The translations under genes were made by a program, and so were the position numbers. A stretch of 62,304 nt of DNA, counting the filler, from Myxococcota bacterium (GTDB taxonomy: Bacteria; Myxococcota_C; UBA6777), in NCBI GenBank assembly GCA_023150835.1. It is 3 parts of 3 records of this genome, joined end to end, with 100 filler letters (N's around TTAATTAATTAA, not from the genome) between each part and the next. Parts side by side here need not be neighbours in the genome. Positions count along the whole stretch, not along the records: positions 1 to 15,467 come from JAKLKB010000150.1; 2 more parts are not named here. One strand, written 5' to 3'. How positions within the stretch are numbered: position 1 is the first letter of the stretch; each line of letters starts with the position of its first letter. This document shows, piece by piece, positions 1 to 9,793 of the stretch. The notes beneath the pieces were generated by a model, which was not told the DNA's origin, did no database searches, and was given only the letters and a program-made list of their open reading frames with translations.

Positions 1-337
1 GGCTGACGGTGACGTTGATTTGGCTTTGTTTGGGGATGCGGATGCCTGGGGGGGGGGTTTGTTTGAGGATATTGCCGGCGGGTTGGTTGCGATCGTGTTC
101 TTGGCCAGCGAGCTTCATGCGGAAGCCGGTTTCTTGGATCATGGCGCGAGCCTGCGTCAAAGGAAGCCCAACGACAGGAGGGACAGGAAGATTTGCATCG
201 GTTGCTGCTGAGGGGGTTTGTGCAAAGCCCGGGATACGGGGCAACACAAACATCTGCATCAATACTGTAGTTCCCGCCGAAACCACCAACGCCGTGAGAA
301 AGGCGACGAAAAAACTGCTGTCTTGGCTGCGAGCCAT
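1..337 (-). CDS. PASTA-domain membrane protein (3' end runs off the window; absent from the ORF track)
   Basis: Manual translation from ATG 337: MARSQDSSFFVAFLTALVVSAGTTVLMQMFVL (TM helix), then VPPVVGLPLTQARAMIQETGF...GNILKQTPPPGIRIPKQSQINVTVS, which fits the PASTA consensus. Confidence 0.8.
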   Translation of the reverse strand, partial: MARSQDSSFFVAFLTALVVSAGTTVLMQMFVLPRIPGFAQTPSAATDANLPVPPVVGLPLTQARAMIQETGFRMKLAGQEHDRNQPAGNILKQTPPPGIRIPKQSQINVTVS

Positions 338-613
338 GCTGATGCTCCTTATCGCTTGTCCTATCGGGGACATCGTTCGGGAATACTCAAAGGGGATGGA
401 TCGTATTGCACAAGCGATTCTTTGGCAAGTCTCTGCCAGTGAATCGGGTGGAGATCGGCCCTTGCCTTTCGTGGGGTCACTCCCTAGGATAGCAGCGCTT
501 AGGAAGCACAGAAGCAAAAAAAGCGAGGCCCACCTAAGTTTCGGTAGGCCGTGACCAGCAGCGCGGTGGAGTCCATCGCACGCAAACAAAAATCTTGCTA
601 AGGAGGTTTGGTA

Positions 614-1531
614 ATGAGCAACCGCCAGAGGAGTGTTCCCGTCGTTCCTGCCGCACCCGTTCAACAGGGGATGGGGTTTTTTCAATGGGTCGCCTTGATG
701 ATCGTGGGTACAGGTCTGGTCTTGGGCCTGTTTTACCTCTTTGAAAGTCTTGGAACCAACAAACCTTTTATTAGCGCTTTGACAAAGATACTGAGCGCGA
801 TCGTCACGGTGTTTGCGACGTATTTCTTGGTCAACCGCGCCCTGCGTTTGCGTGAGCGCCAAAGCGACACCGTGATCAGTTCTTTTGCAGGATACATCGA
901 CTACCAGATCCGCTTGTTTCGTGGTCTTTATGACGGGGGACCCGAAGACGACGAAGATACTGAAAAAGTACTTTCTGCGGTCAATCGTTTTGAAGAATAC
1001 GAAGAGATCATGGACTACGCTCGCCGTCGGGGTGTGAATGCCCAGTCGCTTCCGAACTTTTTGTTGGATACGCTGTGCTGGCCGAGTTATATGGCGACCG
1101 CCGAAGAACGACTGGTCGATATCTATGACGCAACGCGCCAGATCACGATCCTTTCGGGCGTTGCGACACCCAAGCTGGCGATCGATGCGATCAAGATCGT
1201 CGATGAGTACAGCGATCTGTATCGTGACGATCTGCCTGTGATCCGTCGTGGTCTGCGTGCATACCGCAAACTCGAATGGATCGCCCAGTACGTCAATCAA
1301 ACCCAAGATCCCGCTTATCTTCAATACATGCAAGAAGATATCGTTGAGTCGGTGGCCGCAGCCATCGAAGCGATCAAGTACGTCTTTGTCAAAGTCCCCG
1401 ACTCTCTCGAACACCAGATGCGCACGCCCCTCAATACCTTTCGTGGCAACATCCACAGCCGCTATCACGAAGCCTACGATCTCGAAGTCGCCAACGTCGA
1501 AGCTGATCTCGAAGTCCTCGATATCGATTGA
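614..1531 (+). CDS. Hypothetical membrane protein with two N-terminal TM helices
   Basis: AGGAGG SD at 601-606; long ORF; two hydrophobic segments, then an acidic helical domain. Confidence 0.75.
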   Translation: MSNRQRSVPVVPAAPVQQGMGFFQWVALMIVGTGLVLGLFYLFESLGTNKPFISALTKILSAIVTVFATYFLVNRALRLRERQSDTVISSFAGYIDYQIRLFRGLYDGGPEDDEDTEKVLSAVNRFEEYEEIMDYARRRGVNAQSLPNFLLDTLCWPSYMATAEERLVDIYDATRQITILSGVATPKLAIDAIKIVDEYSDLYRDDLPVIRRGLRAYRKLEWIAQYVNQTQDPAYLQYMQEDIVESVAAAIEAIKYVFVKVPDSLEHQMRTPLNTFRGNIHSRYHEAYDLEVANVEADLEVLDID

Positions 1532-1620
1532 TTTTCGTCGAGCGTTGTTGTTTCGATTCTCCTCGACAATGCGCCGATTCCGCCGTTTCGATCCTTTCCG
1601 AAAATGCGCGGCTTGTTTGG

Positions 1621-2526
1621 TTATCGGGGACGCGGGAGGGGGGAGCCTTTTTGAGCGGGGGTAGGGAGTACAGGTCGAAGTTGCCACCATTGGATGACGA
1701 AGTGCTCGGGTTGTCTGGCAAAGATCACTTGGAGTTGGGTGTGGGCTTGTTTGGAAAACTTGGCCTGATAGCGCAAGATCAAGTGACCTTCGGGCTGGAG
1801 TTGGTGCGTGCTGATCAAGGTTCGTGTTTGGTAAGCCCCAAAGCGCGAAAAGAGGGCTTTGCGGATCAACGCAAATCGCGGAGGACGCAGGGTGAGGCGC
1901 AACACTTCACCGCAAGGTTGGCTGAATCGCGCCCAATCGCCTTGGTTGTAGCCTTGCATCAGTTGGTCGATGGCTTGTTCGATCTGTTGGCGCAAGATGC
2001 CTGTAGGCTGGGGCTTTGTGAGTTCTTTGCGCATCTGCTGTTGGATGCGCAGCGATTGGATCACGAAGCCTTGGATCTGCCACGATGTCGGATGAAACAG
2101 CACAACGACTTCGGGACGATCCTGCTTGAATTGCGCCTGCCAAAGAAAGCGCACAGACCCGCTTTCTTTGTGGACGCTTTGTAGGCGCAAGCTCTTGGGT
2201 TGATAAGGGCCTGTAATGCGAAAGATCCGTTCGATATAAGCGCCTAACTGTTCGACTGTCAGCGTTCTTCGCAACGAAGGGTGAAGTTGTTGGATGACTT
2301 CGGCGTATTCTTGGGCAACGAAGGCACGCAACAAGGCTTCGGTGCGTTGTGTGGCTTCGGTGCGTTGCGCTGGCAAGATTTCGGAACCTACCGACGATGC
2401 GGTGCTGAGCCATCCGAAGATCAGCACCGCAAAAAGGACGACGGGCCTTTTTTGGGATCTGGGCGTAGGCGTGTTATGTTGTCCGTTGCCTTGGTGGATG
2501 GGGCGGATGGCGTGTGGGTCTTGCAT
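1621..2526 (-). CDS. Hypothetical exported protein with two similar domains (DUF3887-like); start uncertain
   Basis: Hydrophobic signal VVLFAVLIFGWLS; duplicated pattern ending xAxFx...xxFxI (QAQFKQ..IQGFVI and QAKFSK..IQWWQL). Confidence 0.55.
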   Translation of the reverse strand: MQDPHAIRPIHQGNGQHNTPTPRSQKRPVVLFAVLIFGWLSTASSVGSEILPAQRTEATQRTEALLRAFVAQEYAEVIQQLHPSLRRTLTVEQLGAYIERIFRITGPYQPKSLRLQSVHKESGSVRFLWQAQFKQDRPEVVVLFHPTSWQIQGFVIQSLRIQQQMRKELTKPQPTGILRQQIEQAIDQLMQGYNQGDWARFSQPCGEVLRLTLRPPRFALIRKALFSRFGAYQTRTLISTHQLQPEGHLILRYQAKFSKQAHTQLQVIFARQPEHFVIQWWQLRPVLPTPAQKGSPLPRPR

Positions 2527-2732
2527 GTTCTCTTGATCCTGTCCTTGATTTTGGGATGCTTTTTGATGTAACGTCAGCGAGGTCATGCGCTTGATAGAGC
2601 GCCCATACGGCGAAAAACCCAATCGCTTTTGCGCAGGGGGTTTCGGATGCTTCTGGGATTTGGCCTCTCTCTCCATGACTCTCCGTTAGAAGTATACGCC
2701 AGCACGCACGGGCGAAGGAGTGCAAAGCCACA

Positions 2733-4757
2733 ATGGCTGCAACAGATCCGCTAATCGGAAAAGAATTCAAGTTTTACCGCATCGTCGATAAGATTGGTGG
2801 TGGTGCGTTCGGGGCGGTCTATCGAGCAGAACACACCCGCGTTCCAAAGCCTTTTGCGATCAAAATTCTCCATCCTCATATCGCTTCAGACGAGTTGATC
2901 GTCGGTCGTTTTGAGCGCGAAGCGCGCACTCTTGCAACGCTGAACCACCCGAATATCGTGCAGTTGGTCGACTTTGACCGCGACGATGAAGTCGGCCTCT
3001 ACCTTGTGATGGAATGGCTGCGCGGCGCTTCGATGAAGCAGATCATCCAAAAAAAGAAGCGTCTGCCCTTGGATGTCACTTGCGAATTTTTCCAGCATTT
3101 GTTGTCTGGCCTTCAAGAAGCCCATGAACATGGGATTGTTCACCGCGATCTCAAACCCGCCAACTTGATGATCATCCCCGCAGGAGGACACCAGATCCTC
3201 AAGATCCTTGACTTTGGTGTTGCTTCGCTCAGCAGCGATGATCGCGATCTCACGATGGTTGGGGCCGCGATGGGAAGCGCCAACTACATGTCTCCCGAAC
3301 AAGCGATGGGTAATATCAAAGAGGTCGATAACCGCTCCGATCTGTATTCTTGTGGTGTGATCCTTGGTCATTGCTTGACAGGCAAGCGCGTATTTTTGGG
3401 CGATACCCCAACACAAACTTTGATGAAGCACATCCACGAAACACCCCGATCTCTACATGAGATGTGTCCCGAAGAAGAATTCTCTCCACAGATCGAGGCC
3501 GTCTTTGCGCGCTCTCTCGCTAAGCGAAAAGAAGATCGTTACCAAAACGCCCGCGAATTTCTGGACGCCGTCGTCGACGCCTCCAAAGCTATTGCAGGGG
3601 GACGTCCTCGGCGGGGTGGACCTCCAAGTGTCACCGGCATCTTTCAGATGCCCACACAAACGGGAACCTTTCAAGCCCCCAATATGACGGGCACGTTTAT
3701 GCCTCCCCCTCAGTTTTCTTCTTCACCTGCGGCTTCTTATCCTCCTGCAACTCATTCAACAGGTTCTTTTACTCCCTTGCCACAAGGCGGAAGCAGCAGC
3801 GGAAACGTCGCCGCTGCGCCTCGTCCACCCACAACCCGCCCGCATACAGGCTCGTTTGCAGGGCTGCCCGACCCCTTGGCAGGTTCTTTTCGCCCCACTC
3901 CTTTGCCTCACTCTCCTGCCTCTGGAAGCCCGCCTATCGCGGGTTTTCGCTCTACCTACGATCATTTTCCTGCACAATCCGCCCCGTCCGCTCCTTCTTT
4001 TTCAAGCGACGAACAAGATGCGCTGTTTTCCGACTTACAATCACCCCATCCCCCACGTTCGCAGACGTATCCTCACACGGGAGCGGCTCCTTCTTTTTCC
4101 TCGGGAAGTGCAGGCGGAGGCATGAGCATTTCTGAGATGCGGATGGCACGTGAGCAGATGGACAACGAACGCGCTGCCGCACCCAAGTACGCCCGCGAAG
4201 TTCTTTCTTTGCCCACACCTGTCGCCGCACAAGTCGGAGCCGATCTGCTTGCGGATGCGCCACAACGCGAACCCACCCGCGCTCGTCGCGATTGGCGCGC
4301 TCAAGACTTCTCCGTCCAAACGCAGCCCCCCTCCGAAGGACCTTGGGAACGCATCGAGCGCATCCTCGACAAGCACTTGCGTGAATTGATTCTCGCTGTG
4401 GTGCTGGTTGCTGTCGTTGGCTTGGGCTTGTTGGCTTGGCGCTTGTCATCGCCTCGAAAAGTCGAACCCCAAAAAACCAACTCGCATATGCTCACCCCCC
4501 AGATCTTGCCCGAACCGATCCCCACTCCCCGCTCACGCCAACAGCTTTTCCCGCGACGGGATGAACCCAAACCCGCCGCCAAGACCCCACAACCAGCCAA
4601 AATCACCGATCCCAAAACCACCGATCCCAAAACCGCCGATCCCAAAACCACCGATCCCAAAACCACCGATCCCAACAAATCGGCTCCCCCAAGCCGTGAT
4701 TCGGGTGATTCCACACAACCTTCCCCTCCCACAAATCCCCCCACACAACCTCGCTAA
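2733..4757 (+). CDS. Membrane-anchored Ser/Thr protein kinase
   Basis: IGGGAFGAVY, AIK, HRDLKPAN, DFG, YMSPEQ and DLYS motifs; Pro/Ser-rich linker; one TM helix near the C-terminus. Confidence 0.95.
   Translation: MAATDPLIGKEFKFYRIVDKIGGGAFGAVYRAEHTRVPKPFAIKILHPHIASDELIVGRFEREARTLATLNHPNIVQLVDFDRDDEVGLYLVMEWLRGASMKQIIQKKKRLPLDVTCEFFQHLLSGLQEAHEHGIVHRDLKPANLMIIPAGGHQILKILDFGVASLSSDDRDLTMVGAAMGSANYMSPEQAMGNIKEVDNRSDLYSCGVILGHCLTGKRVFLGDTPTQTLMKHIHETPRSLHEMCPEEEFSPQIEAVFARSLAKRKEDRYQNAREFLDAVVDASKAIAGGRPRRGGPPSVTGIFQMPTQTGTFQAPNMTGTFMPPPQFSSSPAASYPPATHSTGSFTPLPQGGSSSGNVAAAPRPPTTRPHTGSFAGLPDPLAGSFRPTPLPHSPASGSPPIAGFRSTYDHFPAQSAPSAPSFSSDEQDALFSDLQSPHPPRSQTYPHTGAAPSFSSGSAGGGMSISEMRMAREQMDNERAAAPKYAREVLSLPTPVAAQVGADLLADAPQREPTRARRDWRAQDFSVQTQPPSEGPWERIERILDKHLRELILAVVLVAVVGLGLLAWRLSSPRKVEPQKTNSHMLTPQILPEPIPTPRSRQQLFPRRDEPKPAAKTPQPAKITDPKTTDPKTADPKTTDPKTTDPNKSAPPSRDSGDSTQPSPPTNPPTQPR
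4605..4677 (+). repeat. 15-bp tandem repeat (~5x) encoding TDPK(T)
   Basis: accgatcccaaaacc units read directly in the kinase tail. Confidence 0.85.
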
Positions 4758-4833
4758 TTCGTCTCTCGCCAAGCAATATGGCGAAGAGGGGGGCGGGATA
4801 GGGTCGATGTCGATCTTTGGAGGCTTTTTGATC

Positions 4834-6363
4834 ATGTTTTCACGCATTACTCGGCTTTTTCTTTGTCGTCTCTGGCAACTGATTCGCACTCTCGGTTTCT
4901 TTTCTCTTTTCTTGGGGGTCGCCTTGGTCGCTTGCGACAAAGGTACTCCCCAAACGCCCGTCTGTACGGCTGCACAGACCCAAACATGCACTTGCACCGA
5001 TAGCAAAACAGGCACCCAATCCTGCAACACCGATGGTCTCGCTTGGAGCGCTTGTAAGTGCGAAACGCAGCCCAACGCTTGCTCTCTCGGCCAGACCCGT
5101 GAGTGCGACTGCGGCTCCACAAGCAAAGGACAACAAGCCTGCATCGGCAACAATCAGTGGGGCGTTTGCACTTGCCCAAGCTGCACGCCCAACGCCAAAG
5201 AAGGCTGTGATTGCACAACAGGCGGGGTGGGCAGCAAGACCTGTAATGCCGATGGCAAGGGATATTCCGCGTGTGATTGTCAAGTCGGTGGCTGCCGTGA
5301 AAATGACACCAAAGGCTGTCAATGCGCGAATCTCGAAAAGGGCGTACAGACTTGCAAAGACGCAAAATGGGGGGCTTGCGAGCAATGCGGCGTGGTCAAC
5401 AACAAGTGCCGCGCCAAGGGAGATATCGAAAACTGCACTTGCCCGAATACGGCTGCAAGTGTTCGCGTTTGCCAAGAGAACCTCACATGGGGGCTTTGCA
5501 AGTGCGATGCTCCCCCGTGTAAGCTCGGTGATACGGAAGAAGGACTTTGCGTCTGTCCGATCGGGATCAAAGGAAAGCGCACTTGCGTTGCGGATGCTCG
5601 AGGATTTCCAGAGTGGGGGACCTGCGAGTGTGCGTGCAAAGAAGGCGATAAGCTCGATTGTGCCTGCCCCAACGGAACCAAAGGCCAACGCTCGTGCGGT
5701 TGTACTGGCGGAAAGTGCGAGTGGATGGCGTGCAGTTGTGCGCGTTGCGCCACCAACGAGGATTGCAAAAAAGATCCGCTCTATCCCCATTGCAACGCGA
5801 CACTCAACCTCTGTGTCGCTTGTCTTGACGACACCCATTGCTCCGCTTCTACCGCAGGAAAGCGCTGTCAAAAGTTTACTGGAAACTGTGTTGCTTGTCT
5901 CGAAGATGCCGATTGTACGGGCGGAAACGCATGCGATCCTTCTTCCGCAAGCTGCCAGATGATCCAAAAGGTCGATCTCGAAGGAACACTCCGACGCTGC
6001 GATGACAACGCCAGCGGTGCCTCCCGCTGTCGTGGCTCGACGCGAACGGGCGATGACAAAGGGCCGATCTATTTCTTGTTTTACACAGGAACGGCTTTCC
6101 CGCCGCCCCAAACACAACGCCCCTTTTATTGGTACAAACTCCCTGAAACCGATTTCTCGGATCCCAAAAAAGAGATCACCTACAAAGTCCCTGCCATCCC
6201 CCCCGGTACATGGATCGTGTACGTCTTCATCGACGACAACAACAACTGGTCGGAAAATCGGTTCTTGCCTGATCCCGGCGATCTCGTCGGTTTTCTCAGT
6301 TCTGTGGAGATCAAAAGCGGGCAAACCAACAGCCGCGATTTCTATCTCGTCGATCGTTATTAA
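4834..6363 (+). CDS. Cys-rich repeat lipoprotein
   Basis: LVAC lipobox-like motif; about 7 repeats of C-x-C-x4-G-x3-C-x4-6-W-x2-C-x-C; Cys-poor C-terminal beta domain. Confidence 0.8.
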   Translation: MFSRITRLFLCRLWQLIRTLGFFSLFLGVALVACDKGTPQTPVCTAAQTQTCTCTDSKTGTQSCNTDGLAWSACKCETQPNACSLGQTRECDCGSTSKGQQACIGNNQWGVCTCPSCTPNAKEGCDCTTGGVGSKTCNADGKGYSACDCQVGGCRENDTKGCQCANLEKGVQTCKDAKWGACEQCGVVNNKCRAKGDIENCTCPNTAASVRVCQENLTWGLCKCDAPPCKLGDTEEGLCVCPIGIKGKRTCVADARGFPEWGTCECACKEGDKLDCACPNGTKGQRSCGCTGGKCEWMACSCARCATNEDCKKDPLYPHCNATLNLCVACLDDTHCSASTAGKRCQKFTGNCVACLEDADCTGGNACDPSSASCQMIQKVDLEGTLRRCDDNASGASRCRGSTRTGDDKGPIYFLFYTGTAFPPPQTQRPFYWYKLPETDFSDPKKEITYKVPAIPPGTWIVYVFIDDNNNWSENRFLPDPGDLVGFLSSVEIKSGQTNSRDFYLVDRY

Positions 6364-6368
6364 AAGGC

Positions 6369-6440
6369 ACCCTCACCCCGTCGCTGTGCGCCACCCCTCT
6401 CCCTGCGGCGCTCGCAAAGCCTCGCTGCTGCCGCGAGGAG
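6369..6440. repeat. GC-rich REP-like intergenic element between convergent genes
   Basis: ccctcacccc...cccctctccc pattern resembles the hairpin module inside the MITEs at 15317 and 30838. Confidence 0.35.
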
Positions 6441-6471
6441 AAAACCGAGGGGGAGCCGAATGGAGCCACGT

Positions 6472-8001
6472 TCAGCGAGGCGGAACTTTTGACATATTTC
6501 TAGGTTGGAGATCGATGGGGTGTTTGAGGCGGTGGATCTGGACGGTGTTGGGGAGAGGGGCGCGTCGGATGATGTATCCTTCGGGGATCTTGCGGAATTG
6601 ATGGATGGTTGGCGCGGGGGCTTTGGGGATCTTGGGGGCTTGGGGGAGAGGAACGTTGCGCGGGAGGGGTTGAGCGGCGGGGAGCGCGTGCGTGGGGACG
6701 GGGCGCGGTGCAGGGGCGAGTAGATCGCGGGTGGAGAATCGAAGTGTTCCAAAACGAGCGAGGTTGTGGTAATCGCCGCCGATGCCGGTGGTCACTGGAC
6801 TCCAAGCGTGATCTTCGTTGGCGCTGTGGCGTGAGCGTTCGAGGCGGTACATGTTGATCGACCATTCGTCCCCGTCGATCGGGGGAAGGTTGCGTGCAGG
6901 ACCCAGCCGTTCAAAGGGCAGCCGCATCTCGACACTCCATCCTTGATCGCGGTCGCTGCGTTGGTTCAGGGTTCCGCGCACATCGACGGCGACGGTCATC
7001 CCGCTGTCATAGGCCAGCCGGCCCCACGGACGGGGAGATCGGTACGTATCAAAAAAGGAATCGAAGATCATCCCTGCGGGAGAGACTTGGAGTTCGATGT
7101 AGTCGCGGCGATTGCGGTTGGCGTCGATATAAAACTCGACGACTTCTTGCTGAAACAACGGATCATCGCGGCGTTTGTACGTGCTAAAGATATCGTCGTC
7201 ATCCATATCAAATGCGATATAAAGATGACGCGCATCCCAAGCGACTTTGGCTTCGGTGCGTTTTTGAGCGGCTCGGTTGTTGTAAGTCCGAAACCGCCCT
7301 GTCGAGGGGGCTTTTTGCCACACAGGATCGTTGAGTTTTCCGTCTATCACGGGTGGGACGCTGGTGCGATAAGCGACGTAGATCGGTCGTTCTAGCTCTT
7401 GGCCGGCCAACAAGATCGGGCCTACCGCAACGCGATTTTGTCCGTCGGTCGGGACATTCGCGGCTGCGGTCATTCGAGCATCGCCGTTCCAAAAGCCCGT
7501 CATCAGGTAGGCTTGGTTGTTGGGCAGATCGGCAGGGCAAGTAAAGCGAAACGTGTAACCGAAGAACTTGCCGACTTGCCAATTGCGGCTGTGATACAGC
7601 CGTGCGGTCGGATCTTGCGCTTCGTCGAGGTTGGTAAAGGCACCGCGTGGGCCGCGATCACCTTGAAGATGGAGGAAGGTTCGCCACAACAGCTTCATTT
7701 GACGCAAGGGCTTGTAGTACAGCGTCACTTCTGCGGCTTCGCCTCGTCGCATCGGCCAAGGCTTGATATCGGCCCCGTATAGCACCACTGCAGGGCCTTG
7801 CCCGGGTTCGGTGAGTGTGGCGTTGAGCAACAAGCGCGGCTTGGGGGTTCCTTGGAGCAAGATCTGTTGGACGGCTTTGGCTTCTCTTGCGTTGAGTTTG
7901 CGATCGACGTAGCGCTTGGGACTGGGGCTTTGATCGATACAGCCCCACGTTGTGAGTAGGAGCGCTCCAAAGATGCCGAAGCATCGCGCAAATGGCTTCA
8001 T
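6472..8001 (-). CDS. Carbohydrate-binding family 9-like (sugar-binding DOMON) lipoprotein
   Basis: TWGC lipobox; PPVIDGKLNDPVWQKAP, WDARHLYIAF, EVVEFYID, YIELQVSPAG and WSVEMRLPF motifs. Confidence 0.85.
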   Translation of the reverse strand: MKPFARCFGIFGALLLTTWGCIDQSPSPKRYVDRKLNAREAKAVQQILLQGTPKPRLLLNATLTEPGQGPAVVLYGADIKPWPMRRGEAAEVTLYYKPLRQMKLLWRTFLHLQGDRGPRGAFTNLDEAQDPTARLYHSRNWQVGKFFGYTFRFTCPADLPNNQAYLMTGFWNGDARMTAAANVPTDGQNRVAVGPILLAGQELERPIYVAYRTSVPPVIDGKLNDPVWQKAPSTGRFRTYNNRAAQKRTEAKVAWDARHLYIAFDMDDDDIFSTYKRRDDPLFQQEVVEFYIDANRNRRDYIELQVSPAGMIFDSFFDTYRSPRPWGRLAYDSGMTVAVDVRGTLNQRSDRDQGWSVEMRLPFERLGPARNLPPIDGDEWSINMYRLERSRHSANEDHAWSPVTTGIGGDYHNLARFGTLRFSTRDLLAPAPRPVPTHALPAAQPLPRNVPLPQAPKIPKAPAPTIHQFRKIPEGYIIRRAPLPNTVQIHRLKHPIDLQPRNMSKVPPR

Positions 8002-8639
8002 CGTGTCTGTTTCTCCTCGGTCTGTCTTTTTTGGGCTTCGAGTTCAAGGCGTTTTTGATCGATGATCTGTTGAAAACGATAGGAACATCCGTTGTCTGCG
8101 GGGCGATCGACGCTGATCAACTCGACCGTTTTGGGATCGATCGGGAACGTGCGGCAGGGCAACGGACGAGATTTGTGTACGCTACAATACGAGTTCTTGG
8201 TTTCTTTGTCTGTGCGCAAAAAAGGACATCGCCAGAGGATCTCGCAGCAAGCGCCACAATGCGCACACTCGCCTTGTCTCCATGCTTCGTGGCGCGTGAC
8301 ATAGGCCCGATCAAAGAAGCTGCGCCATGTGTTGTTCAATTTGATGCGGTAATGGCGGGTGCGACGACCGATGCCTTTGATATCCCACAACATCACCATC
8401 CAGTACAGCGCGCCCACAAAGACCACAAACCACAGCGAAACAAGTCCCTTGGAGTAGTGTACGATCTCCGAGGCCAGCGTTTTCTTTTGCTCTTGCGTTG
8501 CTTCCGAAGCGGGCGATGGCGCGCTCTCGTGTGCGGTAGAGGGTTGAGGAGAAGATGATTTTTCTTGACCGTCCATAGTTGCTCTTTCGCTCCTTTGCGT
8601 GATCTCTTCTGGTGATGGACCTTTTTGCAAGTCGGCCAT
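7998..8639 (-). CDS. YkgJ-like Cys-cluster (Fe-S/Zn) membrane protein
   Basis: CAHCGACC...CPFL...CSVHKSRPLPCRTFP; 4-bp overlap with the downstream gene. Confidence 0.75.
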   Translation of the reverse strand: MADLQKGPSPEEITQRSERATMDGQEKSSSPQPSTAHESAPSPASEATQEQKKTLASEIVHYSKGLVSLWFVVFVGALYWMVMLWDIKGIGRRTRHYRIKLNNTWRSFFDRAYVTRHEAWRQGECAHCGACCEILWRCPFLRTDKETKNSYCSVHKSRPLPCRTFPIDPKTVELISVDRPADNGCSYRFQQIIDQKRLELEAQKRQTEEKQTR

Positions 8640-8781
8640 TATGCCCAGAACCCAAACAGACACAAGCCTTTTGTGTGCGTTGTGGTTGGGTGCAACCTAT
8701 CCTTCGCGCTGTGGCGCGATGGGTTCGCACCCTCCGATATCGCCGCGATTTGGTCTTCTTCGCTGTTTACCTTGTCGGGAG

Positions 8782-9495
8782 TCAGGAGAGCGGATCATAG
8801 GGGGCGTGGGTGTTCTTGGCTACAGCGGAGGACGCATCTTCGGGCGTTGCATCTGTGGATATGTCGCCCTCTTGCGGGCTTTCGGGGGCTTGTACAAGCG
8901 GCGTGCCGCGAAACTGGGTGGCGATGACGTAGACCTCAGAAGAGGTTTTTCGTGTGGCTTCGGGGCGGGTGGTTCGGACTTTTTTGAAAAGGTTTTTGGT
9001 GGCAAAGAGAAAGTTATCGATGTCGTCACCCGGAAAGATCTTGACCACCATTGAGCCACCCGGCAACAACATCTTTTGCGCGATCTGTAGGGCGATTAGA
9101 GCGAGTTCATACGAGCGTGCGCAGTCGGTGACGCGGATCCCTGAGATGTTGGGAGCCATATCGGAGAGGACTGTATGCGCCTTGCCTTCGAGCGCGTCCA
9201 TCGCTTGTTTTTGCACCGTTTCATCCAAAAGATCGCCTTGCAAAAGCGTGATCTGGCGATACGGTAGCGGGTCGATGGGAAGCAGATCGATCCCAACGAT
9301 CCTTCCCGAAGGACCGACGATCTCGGCTGCGATCTGCAACCAGCCGCCCGGAGCTGCCCCAAGGTCCAACACCCGCCCTCCCTTTGGGAAGATCTGAAAG
9401 CGCTTGTGGAGTTCTTCGAGTTTGTAGGCTGCACGAGAACGCAACCCCTCTTCTTTGGCTTGCTTGTAAAAGTGATCTTTTCGATGAAAGGCCAT
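8782..9495 (-). CDS. rlmE: 23S rRNA Um2552 2'-O-methyltransferase
   Basis: GLRSRAAYKLEEL, VLDLGAAPGGW, LSDMAPN, VVKIF and TRKTSSEVY motifs. Confidence 0.95.
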   Translation of the reverse strand: MAFHRKDHFYKQAKEEGLRSRAAYKLEELHKRFQIFPKGGRVLDLGAAPGGWLQIAAEIVGPSGRIVGIDLLPIDPLPYRQITLLQGDLLDETVQKQAMDALEGKAHTVLSDMAPNISGIRVTDCARSYELALIALQIAQKMLLPGGSMVVKIFPGDDIDNFLFATKNLFKKVRTTRPEATRKTSSEVYVIATQFRGTPLVQAPESPQEGDISTDATPEDASSAVAKNTHAPYDPLS

Positions 9496-9793
9496 CGGTC
9501 TTGTCTTTCCGTGATTTGTGGTGTTCCGTGTTTTGAGGTCGGCGCGGTTGGCGGGCGTGTTCTCTTTTGAACGGATAGAGGTCTCGCCGCACAAGATACA
9601 GAATCACTCGATTTTTACAAGCAAAACTGCTCCCCTGTCTTGCCCATGTCTCAAAGATCAGAAAGGGTGGCTTGCAAGGAGACGCTCTATCGCTATATTG
9701 CACATTCCAAAAACAAAGTTCATTTTCTTTTGCGCTGAAACACAAGGTAAAGAATCTTTTCTTTGGGTTCCAAACCGCAAGACGGAGGGTCGG

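Noticed and set aside
9-554. + strand 181-aa ORF
   Set aside because: Shadow of the PASTA gene on the - strand.
525-585. Two hairpins upstream of the gene at 614 as a riboswitch
   Set aside because: No recognisable aptamer consensus; such stems are expected at this GC content.
4408-4833. Long N-terminal extension (PKPPI repeats) of the Cys-rich ORF
   Set aside because: Alternative-frame reading of the kinase TDPK repeat; the lipoprotein signal starts at 4834.
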